A stretch of DNA of 64,000 bases from positions 282,844,001 through 282,908,000 of the forward strand of contig OZ024740.1 of the NCBI GenBank assembly GCA_964016885.1. The letters run 5' to 3'. This DNA comes from Eledone cirrhosa. Taxonomy: Eukaryota. Of this stretch, positions 52,790-64,000 are shown piece after piece. Both the position numbers and the translations under genes were made by a program. Under the pieces are notes generated by a model. It made no database searches. It saw only the letters and a program-made list of their open reading frames with translations, and had not been told where the DNA came from. Each line of letters begins with the position of its first letter. Position 1 is the first letter of the stretch.

Positions 52790-55700
52790 AGTTTCTTTTA
52801 TTTGCCACTAGGGCATCAAAAGTGGGACAAGTACAAAGGGGGGAGTTTACACAAAAAGGCGTCCTCAATAAGGAGGAGGCAATAACAAAATATAAAAATA
52901 AAATAAGATATAACAAAAAATAAAATTTTTAACAAAATCCTCAATAGAGAGGAGGCGCCTTGGGGGGTCGCACACACCCCCGAAAAAGTGTGCAACCCTT
53001 TTCCTCAGGAGCACAGAGAGGGGGTGCTCCCTCGTTCCTTCCTCTTTTCCACCTACAGGCTTATGTAAAGAGAAGGCCCATTCACACGGGCCATTCTCGC
53101 CACTTTCACCCACCTTTCATAAAAACGACTGGGGTGCAGCACCTCTCTCTCCATCCTGATCCTTCTTCCGAAATGATATCGGAAGAAACGGACCAGTTGT
53201 TGGCCAGAGAGAAAGGCGCCCGACCTCAGTCCTTTCAGACGCGTCCACCATACAACCTCTTTCGCCATGGCTATTACGCACAGAAACACCGCCTCTGCTT
53301 CATCTTTGAAGGGGGGAGGCGGCTTGATCATTACAATAGACTCGGTGGTCAACCGGATCGGTCCCACCCTTGACAGCAGTTGTTCGACATAGCCCCACAG
53401 ATCGGCTACGCCCGAGCAGTGTACCAATGCGTGTGCAACGGTTTCCTCGTCGCACACGCATCTGGGACAGATCTTTTTGGCGGGGTCCCTACCCGGGCGC
53501 CCGTGTCTGTAGAGCCTTTCTCGAACGGGTAAAGCCCCTCGGTAGCACTGCCAGGCCAGGGACTTCTGGAAGTTGTCCATAGGTCCCGGGCTGAATGTCC
53601 TACCGAACAGGCTGGCCAGTTCGTCCTCCTCCATGTCTAGGGCTTCTCCGAGGGCGTCGTCGCACCTGCTGCGTACCAGCCCTCTATAGAATGTTGCGGT
53701 GGAGTCTCCACTGATAACCGGATCCGCCTGCCAGAGGGCGGTGAGCGCCTGGGCACACTCAGTGTGCCAGGCGCCCAGTTTTCTCGGTCTCTGCTTGACC
53801 CAGGATTGCAGTTCGGTGAGTGAGACGAGTCTGGGAAAGGTTCGTCTCACAAACGGGGCCCACACCGGTTGTCCGGTGAGGAATACGTAGAGGTGCCGTA
53901 GCCTTAATGCGTGTTTACGCATCATTAGCCACGGCATCCCCAGCCCTCCTTTCGAAGGGTGTTGACAGCAGATGGATCTCCTCACCATAGGAGCCCGCCC
54001 CTTCCAAAGGAATTGGAAGAGCGCGCGCTCCATCTTGGTGAGGGTTTCCTTGGGCAGGGCACTACGGTCAGGCGGTAGTAGATGACGGACGCTATATAAG
54101 TGTTCGCCACCTCCGCCCGACCTTTCAGGGATAGTTTGCAACTGGCCCACTTCTGGGTCAGTGCAAACACCCTGTTCGTAACCTCCGCCCAGTTTTTCTC
54201 CACCTGGAGGTCCGGTCCGAACCAGACCCCGAGCAACTTCACCGGGCCCTCCGTCCAGCGTCCGACGACGCCATCGGAGGGCATCGGTCTGCCCCTCCAC
54301 GTGCCGAGTTGCAAACCGATCGACTTGTCCCGGTTCAGCTTAGCCCCTGTGAACTTTTCGTACTCCTCCAGTAAGGTGCCGACCGCCTCGATTTCGGAGG
54401 CCGTCGACACCATTACTGTCACATCATCGGCGTAGGCTGACACCGCTTTCCGCAATCCCGGTTCCAAAGGGATGCCCTGCAACAACTCCAACTTCCGCAG
54501 TAGTGGCTCGAGAGTCAACACATACAGAAGGGAGGAGAGAGGGCACCCTTGTCGGATGGACCGCGCGATTTTGAACGGCTCCGAGAGGTAGCCGTTCACC
54601 TTGACCCTAGAGCAGATGCGGCTGCTGTGCATAGCAGTGATCCAGCCCCTGAAAACGGGTCCGAAGCCTGCCGCCGCTAGCACCGCATCCAGGTAACCAT
54701 GGTCGACCCTATCGAACGCCTTAGATTGATCCAAGTTGATCAGAGCCCCACCAAAGCCGGGTTCGTTCCCAACCCTCTCTATGATGTATCGCATGAGGTG
54801 GAGGTTGTCATGGATGGACCTGGACGGGATAGCGCATGTCTGCGCATCTCCCACCAGGTTGCCCACGACAAGCGCCAACCTCTTTGCTAGCACCTTGGCC
54901 AAAATCTGTAACTCTGTATTTAGCAGAGTTATGGGCCTGAAGTTACTTATTTCGTCCCCCTTGTTCTCGTCCTTCCTCACTAGCGTGACTACGCCCTTGG
55001 TCACAGTACAGGGAATTCTCCCGTTCTGTTGCCAGTTGCAGTAGACCGCCTCGAGGAGATCGGGGAACAAGTCCGGCATAGCTAGATATAATTCGTAAGG
55101 AAGACCATCGAGACCCGGGGATTTGCGTTTGCCGCATTGGCCCAGCACGTCCTCTATCTCAGCGGCCGAAATCGGCTCCTCGCAAGACTTCGCTCCCTGT
55201 CCGAGAGGCGCGGCAGGCCGTCGAGGTATGGACCGAAGTCCACGTTTCCAACCGGCTCCCCGCCCCTCCCGAACAGTCGGGCAAAGTGCCTTTGAAAGGC
55301 CTCACACATCTGCTTAGGCTCAAGAATCGCCCGTCCATCCAGGTCTCGCAAAGACCGGATGGTGGATTTAGTTCCACTGTTGGCCTCTGTCACGCGGGCC
55401 CAGCTAACAGCTTTGGCCCCCCTCGTTCCCTAGAGCACGTATTTTACTTCGGACAACGCAGCCTTCGTGCTTCGCGTCGAAAAACTGGCTCAAAGCCGTT
55501 CTCGACGCTAGCACTCTGGCCACGTCGCCGCTTCTAATTGCCTCTTCTACTCTATCTATTAGCTCCCTTTCCTTCCTATTCTTATCCGCAGCTAGAACCT
55601 TACTAAATTCAATCGAGACTACTCTAATCTCTCTCTTTAGAGATACCCACCACCTGCTGTTGACGATCGCTCCAGTCAACCGTTCCTTAACTAACGTACT

Positions 55701-56273
55701 AATCCGATTCCTGTAGGCTCTACTTGCGGCAAGGACAAGTTGAGCTTCCAGTAACCGGGGCCCTGTCTATGCGTTCTATCAAGGTTGACCATGCAGGTCA
55801 CCAACTTGTGGTCTGAATAGCCAACCATGAGCATTTCTGGACAACTTAAAAAGTCCCTGTCCTTATTTCTAACTAAAAATCTATCTAGGTACGATCTAGA
55901 TGATCCGCTGCGATTTGACCAAGACCAGGTTGGCACCGTCGGAAAATCTAGTCGAAATCTATCGGCCAGGTCAAATCGGCCGAGTAACCCCTTGAGGCTG
56001 TTGCACCCCTCTCTATCGGGACATGCCCCTGCATAGTCCCAACGTGCATCCAGGATACCATTCCAATCCCCCACTAAAAGCAGGGAACGGGACGTCCCTA
56101 GAAAAGACTCCAGACGCTGGAAAAAGTCGGGCCGCTCTGTCCCAAAAGGGGCATATGCGGCTATCAGCCTAAAGGCTCTACCTTCACCACTGCCAAGGTC
56201 CAGCACCACCAGTCGACCCCCTGGGTCCAAGTGAACTATCTGTGTTGCAAGGCCCATATGTTTTTTGCAGCAG
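52790..56273 (-). mobile_element. Tx1/L1 family 2, truncated within the APE domain and frameshifted, with 13-bp TSD
   Basis: ORF pieces 53053-56257 are homologous to family 1 ORF2. agttagatatata at 52777-52789 and 56274-56286. Confidence 0.9.
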
Positions 56274-56512
56274 AGTTAGATATATAGTTAGATATAATTA
56301 GTGACTTATCTAAAGTGATTTGTAACTTTATCCTATCATACAGAGAAAGGTGCAAAGTAAATAGAATCCTGCCATTATCGTATTTATATATAGAGATCCA
56401 GTTAAATAAATAAAAACTCTTATAACTTTAACCTATAATACAGAGAAAGGAAATAGAATTATTCGTATATTTATCCGAGTGACATTAACCCATTATCCTG
56501 TTCAAATAGGGG

Positions 56513-56712
56513 NNNNNNNNNNNNNNNNNNNNNNNNNNNNNNNNNNNNNNNNNNNNNNNNNNNNNNNNNNNNNNNNNNNNNNNNNNNNNNNNNNNNNNNN
56601 NNNNNNNNNNNNNNNNNNNNNNNNNNNNNNNNNNNNNNNNNNNNNNNNNNNNNNNNNNNNNNNNNNNNNNNNNNNNNNNNNNNNNNNNNNNNNNNNNNNN
56701 NNNNNNNNNNNN
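56513..56712. other. Assembly gap (200 N)
   Basis: Run of N. Confidence 1.
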
Positions 56713-57210
56713 CACCTCATATCCCTCTCCTCCACCCTTCTCCCCCATCCTTCTTCTTCTTCTTCTTCTTCTTCTTCTTCAGCCCCCACGAAATATGAAC
56801 ATCAAATATGGAAGACAACTATTTTCAGTCCCCCACCCCCACCACCCCCACCCCCGCCACCACCACCACCACCACCACCACCACCACCACCACCACCACC
56901 ACCACCACCACCACCACCACCACCACCACCACCACCACCACCACCACCACCTCCACCACCACCTCCACCACCACCACCATCACCACCACACCACAGCAAC
57001 ATTCTAAATGGAAATAACAAGAAGAACAGATATGAGTCTTTTCATACACTGATCAACACTTCCACATAGACCAAAACAGAGACACGTGCACACACACACT
57101 CACACACACACATACAAACATGCACGTTTCTATACACCAACGTCTACACACATGCATATACATACAAGGCAGCACACATGTAAAGGATAACACACACACA
57201 CACACAGATC

Positions 57211-57420
57211 TACACACTAAGACTAATACACATATATACACACTTCCATATACATATATCAACAGACATTGACACACAGTCCCACACACTAACACTAATA
57301 CACATATATACACACTTCTATATACATATATCAACAGACATTGACACACAGTCCCACACACTAACACTAATACACATATATACACACTTCCATATACATA
57401 TATCAACAGACATTGCCACA
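57211..57420. repeat. 72-bp minisatellite, about 3 copies
   Basis: acacatatatacacacttc.atatacatatatcaacagacattg recurs at 72-bp spacing. Confidence 0.85.
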
Positions 57421-57701
57421 CATATCTACACACGACACAAACACACAGTCCCACACACGACACAAACACACGCCCACCAAAGCCTTCTATCTCTTTCAGC
57501 CGTGTCCACGTTAGATTGTGTTAAATTTAATTATAAAACTAACTTTAAACGTGATAAGACGCTACAGGTACCTTTATTGAGGGGGGGGGGGGGGGGGGCT
57601 AGGGTGTCGGAGTTTGCCACAAAGGTGGGGTAAAAATCGACACTATCAGATTGGGCGTGGTTGGGTGAGTGACTTATTGAAGTTTTCTGTTTGTTTGTAT
57701 G

Positions 57702-57739
<38 letters not shown>

Positions 57740-57818
57740 CAAACACATATATATATATGTATGTGTGTGTGTGTGCGTGTGCGTGTGTGTGTTTGTGTGT
57801 GCGTTTGTATATATATGT

Positions 57819-57864
<46 letters not shown>

Positions 57865-57916
57865 CATACGTTATATATATATATATACATACGTTATATA
57901 TATATATATACATACA

Positions 57917-57975
<59 letters not shown>

Positions 57976-58118
57976 GTGTGTGTGTGTGTGTGCGTTTGTA
58001 TATAGGTGTGTGTATGAGTATATGTGTGTGTATGTGTTTGTGCGTGTGAATCTATGCAGCAGATACACATGTACATACATCTATACATACTCACAAACAT
58101 CACACAAACTCACACAAA

Positions 58119-58154
<36 letters not shown>

Positions 58155-58639
58155 AATACATATATATATACAATCAAATTCTAAAATACACACACATACA
58201 CACAAGTTTGCGCGCTGTTTTCAAGGTTTTCTTATCGTAGTTCGGGGCAGGGATCTCGCTGTTGTTGTTGTTGTGCTTGTTGTGCTGTTGTAAACTGCTG
58301 TGATAGCATATTACACGTTCAACCCTATTTCACCTTTTTCCTTGTTAACCTCCTCCACAGCACTTCAAACCCCTTCTCAGTTCTTCCCTCCCCTGCTTGC
58401 ACTACATCCAAGACTTGCCGCCAGAGGGCCAGCCCGGCTAAAAGGAACAATTCTTTCAACACACTTGATTTAATTAAGAAACAACAAACAAAACAAATAT
58501 CTAAAATTAAATGAAATACAATTATGAAAATAATATTTTTTATAAAACATTGAAATAATAATAATAATAATAGTGATAATAGTGATAATAACTGTTTCTA
58601 CTTTTGGCACAAGGCCAGCAAATATCCCAGTGTATTACC

Positions 58640-58990
58640 GGATGATCATGGTGATGATGATGATGATGATGGTCGTGATGATGGTGATGGTGATGGTGAT
58701 GATGAGGATGGCGGTGGTGGGGATTAAGGATGGTATGTGATGATGGCGATGATGATAAGGATGATGATGATGATGATGATGTTGACGATGTGACGATGAT
58801 GATGGTGATGATGTTGATGATGATGTTGTTGATGGTGGTGGTGGTGGTGGTTGTGATGATGGTGGCGATGGTGATGATGGTGATGATGATGATGATAATG
58901 ATGGTGATGATGATTATGATGTGGCGATGATGATGATGATGATGATGATGATGGGGTGGTGGTGATGAGGTTGAGGATGATTATGGTGAA

Positions 58991-59024
<34 letters not shown>

Positions 59025-59560
59025 TGACGATGATGATGATGATGATGATGACGATGACGATGACGATGATGATGATGATGATGATGATGACGACGACGAT
59101 GATGATGATGACGATGATGATGAGGAAGATGGTGGCGGCGGTGGTGATGATGATGATGATGATGATGATGTTTTTGACGATGATGAGGTTGATGATGATG
59201 ATAATTAAAGGTCCGCCATATTAGACATCAGAAGAACGGTTCAGTTGAATCCAATAAACAACAAGAAGGACAACAACAACAACAACAACACTAGTAACGA
59301 CAACAACAGCAACAACAACAGCAACAACAACAACAACACCAATAATAATAACAACAACAACAACACCAGTAACGACAACAGCAACAACTACAACAACAAT
59401 AACAAAAACAACAACAATCACAACAACAACAATAATAATAACAACAACACCAGTAACGACAAAAGCAACAACAACAATAACAAAAACAACACCAACAACA
59501 ACAACAATAATAACAACAACAACACCAGTAAAGCAACGGCAACAACAACAACAACAATAA
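58640..59560. repeat. (GAT)n and (CAA)n degenerate microsatellites
   Basis: Direct reading. Confidence 0.9.
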
Positions 59561-59710
59561 GAAGAAGAAAAACAAGAAGCATAACAGTAACTATAGTTAT
59601 AATAATAACATCAAAGATGGAATTTGATTGATTGTATTATTGGTGGTGGTGCATGAATGGTGTGTGAGGGGCTGTGTGGCCTGGTATAGGGTGGTCTAAG
59701 GTTATGTAGG

Positions 59711-62700
59711 GTGGTGTATAGTGGTGTAGGTTTGTGTATAGTAGGGTAGGATGGTGTACAGTGGTGTAGGTTTGTGTATAGTAGGGTAGGATGGTGTATA
59801 GTGGTGTAGGTTTGTGTATAGTAAGGTAGGGTGGTGCATAGTGGTGTAGGTTTGTGTATAGTAGGGTAGGATGGTGTATAGTGGTGTAGGTTTGTGTATA
59901 GTAAGGTAAGGTGGTGCATAGTGGTGTAGGTTTGTGTATAGTAGGGTAGGATGGTGTATAGTGGTGTAGGTTTGTGTATAGTAGGGTAGGATGGTGTACA
60001 GTGGTGTAGGTTTGCGTATAGTAGGGTAGGATGGTGTATAGTGGTGAAGGTTTGTGTATAGTAGGGTAGGATGGTGTACAGTGGTGTAGGTTGGTGTATA
60101 GTAGGGTAGGATGGTGTACAGTGGTGTAGGTTTGTGTATAGTAGGGTAGGATAGTGTACAGTGGTGTAGGTTTGTGTATAGTGGGGTAGGATGGTGTATA
60201 GTGGTGTAGGTTTGTGTATAGTAGGGTAGGATGGTGTACAGTGGTGTAGGGTGGTGTATAGTAGGGTAGGATGGTGTATAGTGGTGTAGGTTTGTGTATA
60301 GTAGGGTAGGATGGTGTACAGTGGTGTAGGTTTGTGTATAGTAGGGTAGGATGGTGTACAGTGGTGTAGGTTTGTGTATAGTGGGGTAGGATGGTGTACA
60401 GTGGTGTAGGTTTGTGTATAGTAGGGTAGGATGGTGTACAGTGGTGTAGGGTGGTGTATAGTAGGGTAGGATGGTGTACAGTGGTGTAGGTTTGTGTATA
60501 GTAGGGTAGGATAGTGTACAGTGGTGTAGGTTTGTGTATAGTAGGGTAGGATGGTGTACAGTGGTGTAGGTTTGTGTATAGTGGGGTAGGATAGTGTACA
60601 GTGGTGTAGGTTTGTGTATAGTAGGGTAGGATGGTGTATAGTGGTGTAGGTTTGTGTATAGTAGGGTAGGATGGTGTACAGTGGTGTAGGTTTGTGTATA
60701 GTGGGGTAGGATGGTGTATAGTGGTGTAGGTTTGTGTATAGTAGGGTAGGATGGTGTATAGTGGTGTAGGTTTGTGTATAGTAGGGTAGCATGGTGTATA
60801 GTGCTGTAGGTTTGTGTATAGTAGGGTAGGATGGTGTACAGCGGTGTAGGTTTGTGTATAGTAGGGTAGGATGGTGTACAGTGGTGTAGGTTTGTGTATA
60901 GTAGGGTAGGATGGTGTACAGCGGTGTAGGTTTGTGTATAGTAGGGTAGGATGGTGTACAGTGGTGTAGGTTTGTGTATAGTAGGGTAGGATGGTGTATA
61001 GTGGTATAGGTTTGTGTATAGTAGGGTAGGATGGTGTACAGTGGTGTAGGTTCGTGTATAGTAGTGTAGGATGGTGTACAGTGGTGTAGGTTTGTGTATA
61101 GTAGGGTAGGATGGTGTACAGTGGTGTAGGTTTGTGTATAGTAGGGTAGGATGGTGTATAGTGGTGTAGGTTTGTGTATAGTAGGGTAGAATGGTGTACA
61201 GTGGTGTAGGTTTGTGTATAGTAGGGTAGGATGGTGTACAGTGGTGTAGGTTTGTGTATAGTAGGGTAGGATGGTGTAAAGTGGTGTAGGTTTGTGTATA
61301 GTAGGGTAGGATGGTGTATAGTGGTGTAGGTTTGTGTATAGTAGGGTAGAATGGTGTACAGCGGTGTAGGTTTGTGTATAGTAGGGTAGGATGGTGTACA
61401 GTGGTGTAGGTTTGTGTATAGTAGGGTAGGATGGTGTAAAGTGGTGTAGGTTTGTGTATAGTAGGGTAGGATGGTGTATAGTGGTGTAGGTTTGTGTATA
61501 GTAGGGTAGAATGGTGTACAGTGGTGTAGGTTTGTGTATAGTAGGGTAGGATGGTGTACAGTGGTGTAGGTTTGTGTATAGTAGGGTAGGATGGTGTACA
61601 GTGGTGTAGGTTTGTGTATAGTAGGGTAGGATGGTGTACAGTGGTGTAGGTTTGTGTATAGTAGGGTAGGATGGTGTACAGCGGTGTAGGTTTGTGTATA
61701 GTAGGGTAGGATGGTGTACAGTGGTGTAGGTTTGTGTATAGTAGGGTAGGATGGTGTACAGCGGTGTAGGTTTGTGTATAGTAGTGTAGGATGGTGTACA
61801 GTGGTGTAGGTTTGTGTATAGTAGGGTAGGATGGTGTACAGTGGTGTAGGTTCGTGTATAGTAGGGTAGGATGGTGTACAGTGGTGTAGGTTTGTGTATA
61901 GTAGGGTAGGATGGTGTACAGTGGTGTAGGTTTGTGTATAGTAGGGTAGGATGGTGTACAGTGGTGTAGGTTCGTGTATATTAGGGTAGGATGGTGTATA
62001 GTGGTGTAGGTTTGTGTATAGTAGGGTAGGATGGTGTACAGTGGTGTAGGTTTGTGTATAGTAGGGTAGGATGGTGTACAGTGGTGTAGGGTGGTGTATA
62101 GTAGGGTAGGATGGTGTACAGTGGTGTAGGCTGGTGTATAGTAGGGTGGGATGGTGTACAGTGGTGTAGGGTGGTGTATAGTAGGGTAGGATGGTGTATA
62201 GTGGTGTAGGTTTGTATATAGTAAGGTAGGATGGTGTACAGTGGTGTAGGTTTGTGTATAGTAGGGTAGGATGGTGTACAGTGGTGTAGGTTTGTGTATA
62301 GTAGGGTAGGATGGTGTATAGTGGTGTAGGTTTGTATATAGTAAGGTAGGATGGTGTACAGTGGTGTAGGATTGTGTATAGTAAGGTAGGATGGTGTACA
62401 GTGGTGTAGGTTTGTGTATAGTAGGGTGGGATGGTGTATAGTGGTGTAGGTTTGTGTATAGTAGGGTAGGATGGTGTACAGTGGTGTAGGTTTGTGTATA
62501 GTAGGGTGGGATGGTGTATAGTGGTGTAGGTTTGTGTATAGTAGGGTAGGATGGTGTACAGTGGTGTAGGTTTGTGTATAGTAGGGTAGGATGGTGTACA
62601 GTGGTGTAGGGTGGTGTATACTAGGGTAGGATGGTGTACAGTGGTGTAGGCTGGTGTATAGTAGGGTAGGATGGTGTACAGTGGTGTAGGCTGGTGTATA

Positions 62701-64000
62701 GTAGGGTAGGATGGTGTACAGTGGTGTATGGTGGTGTATAGTAGGGTAGGATGGTGTATAGTGGTGTAGGTTTGTGTATAGTAGGGTAGGATGGTGTATA
62801 GTGGTGTAGGTTTGTGTATAGTAGGGTAGGATGGTGTACAGTGGTGTAGATTTGTGTATAGTAGGGTAGGATGGTGTATAGTGGTGTAGGTTTGTGTATA
62901 GTAGGGTAGGATGGTGTATAGTGGTGTAGGTTTGTGTATAGTAGGGTAGGATGGTGTACAGTGGTGTAGGTTTGTGTATAGTAGGGTAGGATGGTGTACA
63001 GTGGTGTAGATTTGTGTATAGTAGGGTAGGATGGTGTATAGTGGTGTAGGTTTGTGTATAGTAAGGTAGGATGGTGTACAGTGGTGTAGGTTTGTGTATA
63101 GTAGGGTAGGATGGTGTACAGAGGTGTAGGTTTGTGTATAGTAGGGTAGGATGGTGTACAGTGGTGTAGGTTTGTGTATAGTAGGGTAGGATGGTGTACA
63201 GTGGTGTAGGGTGGTGTATAGTAGGGTAGGATGGTGTACAGTGGTGTAGGCTGGTGTATAGTAGGGTAGGATAGTGTACAGTGGTGTAGGCTGGTGTATA
63301 GTAGGGTAGGATGGTGTACAGTGGTGTAGGCTGGTGTATAGTAAGGTAGGATGGTGTACAGTGGTGTAGGGTGGTGTATAGTAGGGTAGGATGGTGTACA
63401 GTGGTGTAGGTTTGTGTATAGTAGGGTAGGATGGTGTACAGTGGTGTAGGTTTGTGTATAGTAGGGCAGGATGGTGTACAGTGGTGTAGGTTTGTGTATA
63501 GTAGGGTAGGATGGTGTACAGTGGTGTAGGCTGGTGTATAGTAGGGTAGGATGGTGTACAGTGGTGTAGGGTGGTGTATAGTAGGGTAGGATGGTGTACA
63601 GTGGTGTAGGTTTGTGTATAGTAGGGCAGGATGGTGTACAGTGGTGTAGGTTTGTGTATAGTAGGGTAGGATGGTGTACAGTGGTGTAGGGTGGTGTATA
63701 GTAGGGTAGGATGGTGTACAGTGGTGTAGGTTTGTGTATAGTGGGGTAGGGTGGTGTACAGTGGTGTAGGGTGGTGTATAGTAGGGTAGGATGGTGTACA
63801 GTGGTGTAGGTTTGTGTATAGTAGGGTAGGATGGTGTACAGTGGTGTATGGTGGTGTATAGTAGGGTAGGATGGTGTACAGTGGTGTAGGTTTGTGTATA
63901 GTAGGGTAGGATGGTGTACAGTGGTGTAGGTTTGTGTATAGTAGGGTAGGATGGTGTATAGTGGTGTAGGTTTGTGTATAGTAGGGTAGGATGGTGTACA
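59711..64000. repeat. 40-bp satellite GTGGTGTAGG TTTGTGTATA GTAGGGTAGG ATGGTGTACA, about 107 copies, continuing past the window end
   Basis: Direct reading; the phase is unchanged across 4.3 kb. Confidence 0.97.

Noticed and set aside
59611-60792. 393-aa repetitive ORF
   Set aside because: Translation of the C/A-rich satellite strand, which lacks stops by composition.
59711-64000. CRISPR array or telomere
   Set aside because: No unique spacers, and the unit is not (TTAGGG)n.

Overview
This is a repeat-dominated eukaryotic window with no recognisable host protein-coding gene. The AT-rich background, dense (TA)n/(CA)n/(AAT)n microsatellites and the tRNA-derived SINE suggest a cephalopod (octopus-like) genome; that is inference and was not checked by any search. 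Contents: (1) many remnants of Penelope-like elements (PLEs) with a C-terminal GIY-YIG endonuclease, inserted into (TA)n as asymmetric fold-back structures that carry type I hammerhead ribozymes; (2) a 24-39.7 kb pile-up of non-LTR retrotransposons joined through (AAT)n, namely an apparently intact two-ORF Tx1/L1 element, a decayed sister copy and three R4/Dong-type pieces; (3) two copies of a second Tx1 family with TSDs; (4) about 15 SINE copies; (5) DNA-transposon fossils; (6) an assembly gap; (7) a 40-bp satellite running off the right end. The most notable signal is a covarying bulged hairpin, ACUC-stem-loop-stem-UU-GAGU-RCU. It is shared by at least seven otherwise dissimilar PLE ends and lies in the single-copy tail downstream of the hammerhead. 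All structures were read by eye; no folding or homology search was run.
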